This document shows, one piece after another, positions 1-10,809 of a DNA stretch of 64,000 bases. Where the stretch lies: the NCBI GenBank assembly GCA_029953675.1, contig JAMWBK010000001.1:1612001-1676000 (forward strand), given 5' to 3'. Positions within the stretch are counted from its first letter, which is position 1. Every line of letters starts with the position of its first letter. Source of the stretch: Rhodosorus marinus CCMP1338 (Eukaryota > Plantae > Rhodophyta). Position numbers and translations under genes: made by a program. The notes under the pieces were generated by a model. That model made no database searches, was not told the origin of the DNA, and saw only the letters and a program-made list of their open reading frames with translations.

Positions 1-228
1 AAGCCATAAAAATTGTCAAGTATCTCCAAGGTACAAGGGATCTAGCATTGCGGTTGGGTGGAGAGAGTGTGAACGGCACAAAGTACCAGGTGACAGGGTA
101 TTCTGACTCAACTTGGGCTGACGGCAAGGTCGATCGAAGGAGCACTAGCGGGATGCTGGTCACTCTGACACATCAACCGTGCTGTACGGGTCGTGGAGGC
201 AGCGCTCAACCGCGCAATCGACAACCGA
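1..228 (+). mobile_element. Ty1/Copia LTR-retrotransposon remnant (end of RT, start of RNase H), frameshifted and truncated
   Basis: Translates as AIKIVKYLQGTRDLAL...VTGYSDSTWADGKVDRRSTSGMLVTL, then after a frameshift VLYGSWRQRSTAQSTTE. This matches the Copia motifs KRILRYLKGT, GYSDADWAG-DRRSTSG and SW-KQ-VA-STTEAEY. Similarity stops where the hAT fragment begins. Confidence 0.85.
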
Positions 229-1245
229 ACACAGTCTTTCAGAGCTACTAAGGTACAGATGGCGCGGTGAAAGGAATCTGCCCGGCGTTGCAACTTCAGG
301 ATGCCAGCGCGGCAACACCCGCAGTACGACGAGGTTAAGGGCAAGCTGATCTGCAAGCATTACGACTTACCGGTAAGAAACAAAGTTGAGCACCTCAAGA
401 AGCACCTGCAGAAGTGCGATCGGTACATGATCGCAGATGACGCTCCCACGGGCAGCAGACGATCCGGTTCAACTCCAGAGTCCGGCCGTTCAAGCGTCGC
501 TTCGAAAAGCGGAAAGCGCGAGGGAGCAGACATAAGTGACGATTGTCCGACGATTAAGAAAGGAAAGCAAGCAGAAGAGCTCGACGTTAAGCTCGCGAGG
601 ATTATGGCGGAAAGAAACCTACCGTTTCGGCTGGTTGAAGACCCAGAGGTGCGAAGGTAGGTTTGAGAACTCGTACTCGGGCTAGTCGCGTCCAGTATTC
701 TGTGCAACAGGCGCTGAGTTTCACAGTGTTTTTTCCAGTTTCTTTAAGATCTTAGGATATCGGCTACCCAAAAGGAGAGATATCCCGGAGCTGATCGAGC
801 TCAAGTAGCTCTTCTATCCATACCATGTGGATCCCTTGTCCAATTCGAAATACTCCTTGAACCCTCAGCTTTAAGACGGTAGGGGGAGGTGCTAAGGCTT
901 TGTAGAGGCTTCTATAGATGCTTCACCTCCTCCGCAGAACTGCTTCCCCATCCTGTCAATGGACCGTTTTCCAATCCCCCAAGCTTCCCTCACTGTTGTT
1001 CTTGGTCTGCGGCGCTCCCCTCAAAGTAGGATTCTGAAAATCAAAAACCCACCATTGCCCTCGAAAACAGATGCATTTTCCAGTTACCCACTAAAAACCG
1101 GGACAGTCATTAAAATTTCATTGCCCACCAACCAAATATTCGACGGTCGCCTATTGCACACTTATATTGCCCACTTATTACCCGCTTATTGCCCGGGCCC
1201 TCCTTAAACCCGTCTGTTTCCGCAAGTATACCCACTTCTGTAACC
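229..1245 (+). mobile_element. Internally deleted hAT-like DNA transposon fragment, copy 1 (BED-finger plus transposase N-terminus)
   Basis: ORF 301-660 contains LICKHYDLPVRNKVEHLKKHLQKC (BED finger Cx2C..Hx3C with the second Cys changed to Tyr) and LARIMAERNLPFRLVEDPEVRR (hAT LPFxxVE motif). About 1 kb aligns by eye with 56820-57967 on the opposite strand. The right boundary is approximate. Confidence 0.7.
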
Positions 1246-1559
1246 CCAGACTATCGTAAGCAGCCAAAAACCCAACCCACTTGGCACAGCCCTACGCAAA
1301 ACATACCCTACCAACCCCCTGTCCAGGGATCTCATCTAAAAGCTAAAGTCTATCTAAACGAAATATTGGGAGATCATCGGGATCTTTCTCTAGTCCGGTT
1401 CAACTGTGCGCTGGAGAGATGTGCTTCTCGGTCATGTAGGTGCTTAGGCGCTGCCTGAAGAAATTCCACCCCGGCCTTACCCAGCCTTCCATACGTCTCT
1501 GGCAACGAACGGACTAGGATCACATCTTGTAACAGCGAACACTGTACTAAAGGAGTCCC

Positions 1560-3170
1560 TATTGTAGCCGGTGAGGAGGAAATAAGGAGTCTATCTATGC
1601 GTTAAAAAACCCTGAGTTGTGTGGCTACGTTCTACTACAGGGATGATCTCATAGTTCGTTTCGCAATTAGGGGCGCCGGCGTGGCAAGTAGTGCATTCCG
1701 TTTTCCACGAGGACCGGTTGAGTGTCGCGCGTACGTCGCTGACTTGTGTCGATAGGTGCTGCAAGTGCACAGTCACGTCTTTCAAGAATTCATCAGCTTG
1801 CTCACCCATCCTACCGAACGTCCCCACCCAGAAGGGCACGAAAAGGTCGTCATTGTGGCTCCGATCGCATCCCGGTATTTGGACTCTAAACTCTCGGTCT
1901 TGTTCGCAGATGATTCCCAGGACGCTTTGTGTAGGTAGGCCTTTAGCAGCGGCGAGGTCACTTTGACGTCGATCACGTACAACTTCCTGGTCCGAGGATC
2001 GCGTGCTAAAATGTCCGGTTGAAGGTAGCTTCCTGGGTAGTGTCCGCTCGGTTCCAGCGTCACCTCCAGTCTCCATTGTCTCAGTTTTGTAGCAAGAGCG
2101 TGCCAGACCATGTTGTGTTGCAGGGTCCAGCTCCCTGTAGAACCGGTGCAGTGGTACAGGTGTTGCATCCCTGCAGAGTCATCGGGTTGTGAACTTCTAG
2201 TACATGTACTCGAGTGTTCGTACCCCGGCATGGGCAATCCCAGCAGCTGCTCTCAGGCTTTGGTTCACTTCGCAGTGTTCAGACCGCGCGGGTGTCTCGA
2301 GGGTAAGTCTCGCAGCCAGGTGCGCCTCCTGATCCGGTGCAGGAACGGAGACGCGCACGTACCGTCTCACTAAAAAAAGAATTGATAGTAGTGAATAGTT
2401 CCTGGAGAGAGGAATCGTGGTAGCTTTTTAGTGGGTTTGGAGAGGTGGGTGGGAACGATGTGTTTTCAGACCGCGCGGGTGTCTCGAGGGGAAGTCTCGC
2501 AGCCAGGTGCCGCCTCCTGATCCAGTGCAGGGACGGACACGCGCACGTACCGTCTCACTAATCCCCGGGTCCTCAACCAATTCCTCAACGCCCGTCGGTG
2601 ACTTAAGTTCGATAGGAGTTTTTGGATGGCACCAATCATGGGGACTTGACATCGGGGATTTCCCCGTCGACGAGCCTAGTCTGTAGGTGACGACCGAACA
2701 GTTGGCATTTCGTCCGATGGAGTTTTGCTCCGGCAGGTGTTCTTCACTCCATTGCAATGCTTCCTTGACCTCAGGTAGGGGGCCAAGAAGGGTGATTTCG
2801 TCGTGTATCGCGGTCAGCGTAAGCGTTGGGTACCGATCCCGGAGTGCTCGCAGCAGCGGGGATAAGACCAGCGTGTGCAGGGCAGGTCCAAGTGGATCGC
2901 CTTGTTGGACGCCAGCGCAGGCCCGTAGGTGCAGCAGTCCTCGGCGTTCTGGTCATACCAGCCGAATTGATGTGGGGCCCTTTCGCCGTTGAGCCCACAG
3001 CTGAGTGTAATCAGCGGCTGCAGTTCAGGGAACGCCTGTTCGATGACCCGGTTTGCAACGCGTCTGTCGATCAGATTGAAGGCATTCTCCAAGTCGAACT
3101 TGAGGACTACTAACCCCAGAGTAACGACGCTCCGTTATAGAGCAGGAAGGCTTCGATGAATTTCAGGTAA
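1560..3170 (-). mobile_element. Degraded, 5'-truncated non-LTR retrotransposon with RT and restriction-like endonuclease (CRE/R2-group like)
   Basis: Minus-strand motifs across frameshifts: VLKFDLENAFNLIDR (RT), AGVQQGDPLGPA at ~2881-2916 (RT), a C-terminal zinc knuckle C..DDSAGMQHLYHC followed by QHNMV, EPSGHYPGSYLQPDIL..LYVIDVKVTSP (PD-D/ExK RLE) and FVPFWVGTFGRMGEQADEFL. Boundaries are approximate. Confidence 0.8.
2278..2561. repeat. ~96-bp direct duplication inside the LINE remnant (2278-2373 and 2465-2561)
   Basis: Both copies run ttcagaccgcgcgggtgtctcgaggg...gcgcacgtaccgtctcactaa with only a few mismatches, separated by ~90 bp of unrelated sequence. Confidence 0.9.
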
Positions 3171-3367
3171 CTTGAGAACCAATTCGTGGTCCACTTTATT
3201 TCTTGCCATTTTGCCTCTCTTTTGAAAGGCACCGGGCACTCAGTGACCCGTCCGCAATAATAATTTCCAGTTTGAATCTCCAAGCAAACACAAACGCTAC
3301 TCTCTTCAAAGTACATCCAATTCACATAGTACGGACTTTTGCCTCCGACCTTTACTTGCGGCCGAGT

Positions 3368-5746
3368 CTACGCCGCTTCTAGTTTGTTCTCTACGATAAC
3401 CTCGCTGTCATTCAAACAATTGCTCCACTTTCCTGTTTTGGTGAAACTGTTCTGCAGAATGTCTGAATTAAAATTCTCCACAGTTCCATTCCTCCGGAGT
3501 TTCAAGCCGCCTCGCGGTAGTGAGAGTATCTCCAGCGCCTCAATTGATCGAGCTCGACTTAGAGCAACTACAATGTATCCACCGGAGGTCAAAAAATGGG
3601 ATTAGTACTAATTCTATGTATAGGTGCTGCAAAGTTAAGCAGCTGCATTTGGGCTCAACAAACCAATCCGGGTCAGTTCAGAAAACAAATTCCAATGCTT
3701 ACCATAAGCTTGCCCAAAATCGAAAGTTCCATCCAAGTTCACTTTGAGCCTGTCCAAAGTCATGCCCTGACTCTTGTGTACGGTTACAGCCCATGCTAGA
3801 GCTAGAGGTATTTGCAATCTGACGCAAGTACCAACACCGGGGATTTTCATGGTGAACTCCTCTGTTGACACCTCCTTACTCTGACCGTTCCGAAACCTCA
3901 CCACGGGGTTGCTAAATTGACAATAGCACAGAAGTAGCATATTAGCAGGTCATGTCTAGGACATCGATAAACAAAGAATGTTGACGCATGCCATTTACCC
4001 TGAATCCGCAAAACCTTGAACAACTCCCCTAGAACCATTGATCAGGTAAGCACCTCGTGTCTGCGAAAGGTTCTTCAAAAGCATCACTTGTGCTCCCTCC
4101 TTAAGAGCGAGTTTCGACGAGGCGCGACAGTTTTTCCAAAACGCATGCGCTTTGAGAGCTTTCTCATGCTTTACCTCCGACTCCTTCGGGCCGAATGGGT
4201 AGATGCGGTCTTTTGCTAAAAATTTTACTTCACGAGATGCAATTTGTTGCAGCTTTCGAAGATTGTGCCTATCGACAGATACATTGTGGCAGTAGAGAAT
4301 CGTGGACTCAATCCCATCGACTGGCTTCGGTAGCTGCCTTCGAACCTGACGTAGCAAATTTTGAAACCTGGGAGTGTCCTCCCCTCTTCTCAAATCCGCC
4401 AGGGCGAGAACAAACTCTGAATCCCTCTGCCGATGAACCTCTGCCAAGTCCACAACCTTCAGGTCACCACTCTGCCACGCATTGCTTTCGAAAGCGTAAC
4501 CAAGGTTGTTGAAAGCCTTGGCACTCTTCACAACTTTTGATTGCCTAACAGGCGGCAGCTGGTAAAAGTCACCAGAGAAAAGCACTTGAAGACCGCCAAA
4601 GGGTTTGGGGGAATGACGAACCTCCTTCAACTCCTGGTCGATATAGTCCAGCATCTCACCAGAAAGCATTGATACTTCATCGATAATTAGCAAGTCAAGT
4701 CTTTGCAGTCTTCTACTATTCGACTTGTTACGCATCTTCCCGAAGTCCTTCCTCTCGTATGGAACGCCAATTCCCAGTAGAGAATGCAGAGTGCACCCAT
4801 CCACGTTTTCGGCTGCAACACCTGTCATAGCGCAAACTCCCACGTTTTCCTCTCCAAGGATATTTGTCATTTGCCATATAATCTCCCTAAGTACCGTGGA
4901 CTTTCCCGTTCCTCCGCAACCAGTGAGAAACAAATTGTGCCCTTTTCGCACGTGCTCAATGGCTGCCATCTGCTCCTCGTTAAACTGTACTCCAGGCTGC
5001 GAGTCGCATGCCGGGTGCAACTCGGCCGAGAGCTTTGACGGCATGGTTTGCGACTCCTCGAGCCCAACCCCGCCGGTGAATTGCGCCATTGAGAAGAACT
5101 CCCTATCCCCGTTAGAGGAATCCTGGGTGGGCTCTTTTGGCTGGACAGCAAAAAGACTCTCTTTTTTCAATGATGACGCAGAGCCCGGACGTGCGAGCTC
5201 GCCCGACACCAAGGAACGATGATGAGATGGTTCGGGGCCCAATGGTTGCGCGTTCTCACACTGTGGTGCTCCGTCAAGCCTGTGCTTGGTTTCCTCCACA
5301 GAGCTACACGAATACCCTTTTGCATTTCGATGTCCTCTCACCTGCAAAGAGAAGAACCATCAGATCAGGAGTAGAAGAGGGAGTTCAACCGGGACTCCAA
5401 AAGGGACACGACACGCTAGCCAACACAATCAGGTCAGGTGAAATGAAAGGGAATGTATAGCCCACGCTAAAGTGACAATCCAAACGGTAGAGCAAGCGGG
5501 ATACTAAAGGAATCCAAACTAGGGTTAGCATCGTTAGCGCACTCCATCTTGCCTGCTGTTCAGATTCCTCCCACGAGCAGCCAACGCCACGTTTCCTCCC
5601 GTTCCGCGCGACGAATACAGGGTCCGACATAGGTTGGTAGAAATCGAGCGAGGATCATCCAGCGGAGCAAATGAACCGGAACGGGATTTACCCGAATTAC
5701 CTAGAATTCGCAAGCAGGAACTCTTCCCCAGAACACGGCTGAGCAT
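3368..5746 (-). CDS. PIF1: PIF1-family 5'-3' DNA helicase (multi-exon)
   Basis: Motifs LFLTGCGGTGKS (Walker A), IIDEVSM, PFGGLQVLFSGDFYQLPPV, LINGSRGVV, QIPLALAWAVTVHKSQGMTL and GQAY/VALSRAR (split by a phase-1 intron). The first exon (ATG 5746) joins in frame through a proposed intron at 5542-5342; that exon is less certain. Confidence 0.92.
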
Positions 5747-6164
5747 TGGACTCCGGGCAGTAAATGCTCAGTGACAAACAACCCAACCACTTTTCCCATT
5801 CAATCGAAAACCAACGGGAGCACTACTACCCTCACCCTCCGTGAAGCTCCCACCCACAGCACAGAGAGAAAAACGCCTCCTGTTAAAGAACTGAAGAAAC
5901 CTTTACCACCCTTCGTCTTGCTGGTACGAAACCCAGGACTTTTCCAACACTTGAGAACGGAACAACCCTGAACCTATTTAGGTTGAAATGTCCAGCCGAC
6001 TTCATGGGCAACACAAGGGTTTCGGTTTCTCAAAAACCGGCGCTGAAGGCAGCGGAATTAGGGACTGATCTAAGCGTTAGAGGGATTCACAAAAAAATCT
6101 CGACCTTTTTTTTAAGCGCCCCGCAGATGCAGAAAAGCCGGGTCCACCCCCCGGCCCGTCCTGT

Positions 6165-6198
6165 GGGGGGGGGTGGGGGGAGGGGGGATTTGCCGGGG
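6165..6198 (+). other. Canonical G-quadruplex-forming motif (G9-T-G6-A-G6-N7-G4)
   Basis: Four G-tracts of at least 4 G with short loops, read directly from the sequence. Folding in vivo is not shown. Confidence 0.55.
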
Positions 6199-6337
6199 CT
6201 GAGCCAGGGCAATTTTTTGCTGCGAGGAAACACGTGGATTTCAAGAAGAGAGTTTGAAAACAGAGAGGGTGTGTGCGGCGTAAATATTTATGTATCGTGG
6301 GTGCACCTCGCTGGAAAAAAGGCCATATTCCTTGGTC

Positions 6338-6466
6338 GGAAGGAAGAGAGAACGTCAAAGGCTCGTATACTTGGGAATTCAACTCAGCCTTTGAACTAAA
6401 CTATGCCTTAGGAAGGAAGAGAGAAAGTCAGTACTTTGGGATTCAGCTTCAGCCTTTCGAACTAAA
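6338..6466. repeat. Imperfect tandem direct repeat of ~56-63 bp (6338-6400 and 6411-6466)
   Basis: Both units start ggaaggaagagagaa and end tac-t(t)ggga-ttca-c(t)tcagccttt(c)gaactaaa. Confidence 0.75.
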
Positions 6467-6848
6467 TTGATCGGAAATCATATGAGCGCGGAAGACTTCG
6501 TACCGTCTAGATGAAACCTTTTCTTTGGTATTCGTGAAAACGCGGGAAAAGGTCCCGTTTGAAATTTTCTTAATATTTTGGGGGCGTTTGGTTGTTTCTA
6601 TCATTTGATTGCATATGAATTACGGTGGCGCTATCAAGCGTATACCGACATCCATATCGCTCACTATGCTCTACGTTGCCAACGGCGCATGTGGAATGCT
6701 CGCAGGTCTTGGATAGGTGGGTAGCTCCGGTGATAACGGAAACAAAGCACCTACCGACGACAATTCGTTCCGGAATCTTATTTTGTGCAAGAGCTTTAAT
6801 CCATGATGCAGACCGAGGAAATCCCAAACCGCGTCCCTCTGTCGACTC

Positions 6849-8541
6849 CTACTCCTGCATCTCCGGCAACGAACAAGCACGTATATTTGCGTCCAGATCT
6901 GTGCAATACTTTTGGCCAAATGTGTGATACGCAACCCCAGGAAGCCATCGATCGTCGACGCTGACAGTCGTGTTGGCGGGATGCAGCCGCATAGCGTGGG
7001 CCAATCTCGCCGCGTTGCTGCTAAAAGCACAGACAAACACTTCACTTTCTGCCAGAATGGAAAGATCTAGCAGAAGCTCTACGGTGCTTTCAAATCGTTT
7101 GTAGCCTTTCAGCTTGTTGTGGGCATGTTGACTATGGCCAGAGCGCGCTTCCTAGAGAATCCAGCCAAAACACCTCGATTTTTGAGTTGGCCCGTTGGTA
7201 TTTGTAGGCTTCACCAATGACGAGCTCACTGGGGGCAAGGAGTCTTACAGAGGCCAAAGTGACGACGCGATATCCTGATGGCATAAGCAGCTTCCTCAGC
7301 TCCAAGGCCTGCCGAAAATCATCGGTTGCTACAAAAACCTCCCGACTGTCTTCTGATAAATTCTCAACCAATGTTGCATAAAGTTCAGTTGGCTGAAAAA
7401 CCACTTCTTTCACCTTGTCCCCTCGTCTCAAGTGTACGCCGATGTATGGGCCGTCAAAGTTTAAGGCCCGCCTGCGCTTGGAACAGAAGCACGATAAGTC
7501 GCCGCTTTCGGGCATCGCGAGCTGACCAATGTAGAGAATACTCCTTCGACAAGGGCGGAGCTTACCTAACCTTCGCGAGAAGGCTTTGGAGAGAAGGATT
7601 CAAATCGATGATTGCATGCGCTGCGCTCCTTACTGCGCTAAGCATTTGTGAACTTGGATCCTGGTACTCCTCCAAATACTGCACTAATTGCGTATGAACA
7701 AATCTCTCAGATTTCTCGCTTCCAGCAACCCAGCAGCCATCGCCAGTAGGAATCTCTTCAAGGGCGGAGTTACATGAGCCAAGTTCGAAGGAAGAAAAGC
7801 GTGCCTGAATCTAATTCATTGAGCACGGGACGTATCAGTCTGTGAAAAGGAATGCTGCAGTCTGAGTTCAAGCGAGGAAGTGCTGTCTTCGCCCTAGTAA
7901 ATCAGTCCGAATGAGCTTACTTGATGAACCTTAGAATCCTTCCCAAGACACTCTCCACGCAGATCTTCAAAGTAGCAGTTCCAGGTTTTGAAGTTACCGC
8001 ATCCATAGTTCCAATCCTTAGTCGTGGGAAGTACGAAAACCGCACCGACAAGGCGAGCCAGCACGGCCGCCTCAAGTACCCTATTCACCTGCGCACCAAA
8101 CCCGTTCCCTTTCTCATCCGCAAAGGCAACAATGCGGTCACAGCTCGGAAGAACGTCATACTCGCTCCTGGAATAGTTCACATGGGCTATGCGAAGCTCG
8201 TCCTTCTTTTCACTAACCGATTCGGGGAGGTTGCTGAAGGAGTGCGCAACCGAAGCCAGCAGTACTCGTAGGAACACGACAACAACGCACGAACACCAAA
8301 GAAAGGCTACGAGGACCATTCCAGTAGTTTTCCAGCGGTACGCCTTCCGCGTGCTTCTGTGGCTTCCGTGGCTGACGCACAGAGACGACTGCTCTCTTCC
8401 CCATTGCCTCATCCATTTCCTGTTCCATCGCGCAAAAGTCTTCCTCGCGCGTTGAACCATTCCGTCTTTGAGGAAGCCGCGCTCTCCATTCAGTTCTGAC
8501 CCTCCATCTGGCCTGGGAAAGCTGTCCACTTCACTCCCCAC
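6849..8541 (-). CDS. GT23/FUT8-like alpha-1,6-fucosyltransferase (type II membrane protein, multi-exon)
   Basis: N-terminal TM segment (MVLVAFLWCSCVVVVFLRVLL), GNGFGAQVNRVL..WNYGCG..WNCYF, YIGVHLRRGDKVKE (cf. FUT8 HVRRTDK), VFVATDD and FVCAFSSNAARLA (cf. VCTFSSQVCR). The 3' end is uncertain. Confidence 0.75.
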
Positions 8542-9279
8542 CGGCTAGCCCAAATTGTTAGGAGGGCCTAACTCGAATTGTATGTATGATGCGGGCTGCC
8601 GGTGCAAGCTGCCGGTGCAAGCCTAGTCTGCCGTAATGCGACAGCGTATCGAGATACCCTACGAGCATGTATCCTTGCGTTTGAGGCTGGACCAATATTC
8701 TGTCGCGTGCAGTAGCTGATGGAGTTTCTCAAGAAGCTTCAGGCGATTTCTTCGGGAGCGGCGATTGAATCAAATCAACCATTGGACGTTGCCAATAGGA
8801 AACTACGGGTGAAGCGGGGAGAGGGCGGTCTTTAGCATGGAAATGCGCCTGGCATAGTCCAGACCCAGAATCCTGCATTGATTCATTTCCCAAGGTATTG
8901 CAGAGGCTAAGACAAGTTATGGGTTACCTTAATGAGGCGATGTCATTGCCTATGCTTCAAATTCACCATTCTACTCTACACACTATCCCTAATTCCGTAA
9001 CCTTCTATAGAACCATCCGACTCTTCAATGTGGTATGCGCATTGTTGCCCTCAAGAACCCTAAAGTAGGCGTCAATGCAACAAGCCGACGAGACTCGATT
9101 TTGTCTCGTGCTAGTGGGCTGGTGCCTTTCCACGCAACTGCCCTTTCCCAACCACATCACAAACCTCAGCAACATACCGGAACCGGATTATTCCAAAGCA
9201 ATACCCCCAACCTGTCTATTGCCTACTCTCTATTGCACAGCGACCTCTTCAGCCCCAATGGAATCTTGTCAAAGCGTCA

Positions 9280-10565
9280 CTAGTCAGCACGATTCTCGGT
9301 AATAATACTGTGACTAACTGCGTTTCCCTCCTTATCGAAAAGGCGTCTTATTCGCCGACGGCAACGCTCGTTGATGTAACACGAGAATTCACACCACCAC
9401 GGAGTACTAGGTGGGATACTCAGCGGTGCTGAAGCATAGGAACCGCAGTTCAACAAGAAGCTGCTCCTTTGCTCAGGTCCACCCCAACCGATAGCGGTTA
9501 GATCCCCTTCGTCGTCGACCCTGAAATCAATAGATACTGCCAAGTCAGCAAGTGATTCCGCGAACACTCAAAAAGAGTACTAACTACCATAAACAACAAG
9601 TGGCCGATTTCTTGCGCAGGCATACAATCCGTAAGAGGTTATCTTATCAACGATCTTTCCATCCTTGTTCGCCGTGAAGGATTCCCGTACAGTATCATCC
9701 GCGGCTTGCCACAAGAAGCTCACCGATGAATCGTAGGAGATAATTCCAGCTCCTAGAGAAGGTAGCCGGGCGGACTTGGTTTCTCCATGCCATTTACCTA
9801 CAAGCGATAGGAGCGATGTCGGATACCGATCTTCCCACAGATCGTCCTGGACCTCGTGTAAAAGAACTACTCTCCTGAGAACCGACTCAAAGTCGTACAA
9901 CAGAAACGATCTCAATCTCTCCGTTGCTGAAATTGTCAGGCACATCTCAACTGCAAGCCGGGATATTGGAATATCAGCAACTTCCAGCATCTCATGCTCA
10001 GCGCAATAGCTTCCGTCCTCAAAGACGTAGAAACTGGGCATTCCAATATTGTAGGCTACTTTCCAGTCCCATCCGTCCCCGCTCATGGTACCTGTAACTC
10101 TCACATCCCGATTCGAGAATGTCGCATCACTCATGCTCCACGAATACTCGTCCAGACGGACTTGGGCCATTGTTCTAACGTCCACGTGTGTTGATCTCCC
10201 GGACCACTTTCCCATATGGCGCCCCTTAAACCGCTCCCATGCCTCATCACGATCCATTCCAAAGGTGCTCAAGGACAAACGCCCATACGCACGACGTCTG
10301 CTAAAACACCGGACTTCAACGCGAACTCACAAAGCGGCAAGTGACAAACAGCCGTGCAAGCGTTACCTAGAGGCTTGCAGCAACCCATCAACGATCGATC
10401 CCTAAGTCTCCGTTCTCCTGTGTTCGTGACGATCCTTGATGACGCCACGGAGTAAAGCATTATACTCCCCCCGTTGGCTCCCGAGGCGCCAGTGCACCCC
10501 ACGAGCAGGAAATAGTGACGGAGGTTGCTTTTTGGTTTACCTTGAGGTGGTGTTCTCTGAGGCAC
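9280..10565 (-). CDS. DUF3598/BFA1-like tandem beta-barrel protein (multi-exon, start uncertain)
   Basis: Two similar halves, WERFKGRHMGKWSG...ERLRSFLLYD..LRRVVLLHE and LLSLVGKWHG...RRRIRRLFDKEG..SHSIITE, match the DUF3598 architecture as recalled. Last exon 9280-9567. The 5' exons could not be resolved. Confidence 0.5.
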
Positions 10566-10809
10566 ATCTTGAGAGGAACGCTTGTCCCAGTGACCTTCAA
10601 TCGCCTCAATTGTTGATCACCTCAACAACGACGAAAGGATTAGACTAATCAATTCTTCAAACACCTTTCTCGCGAAATTTTTGAAATTTGATGGCATCAA
10701 ACTGAGACGCCTGTTGAGTTTGTCGTGGTAGGGCCGTGTTGACAGGAACTCTGAGCGAAGCTGCTGTGCGGAAACGCATCGAGGAAGATCGAGTTCGTTA
10801 AGAATTACT

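Noticed and set aside
3368-5746. PIF1 as part of a Helitron
   Set aside because: No HUH Rep motifs or Helitron ends were seen; it looks like an ordinary spliced host PIF1.
7921-8455. Antisense ORFs over real genes (here and over ATM, the SSS transporter, VPS36 and SIN3)
   Set aside because: These are shadow frames of GC-balanced coding sequence with no independent motifs.
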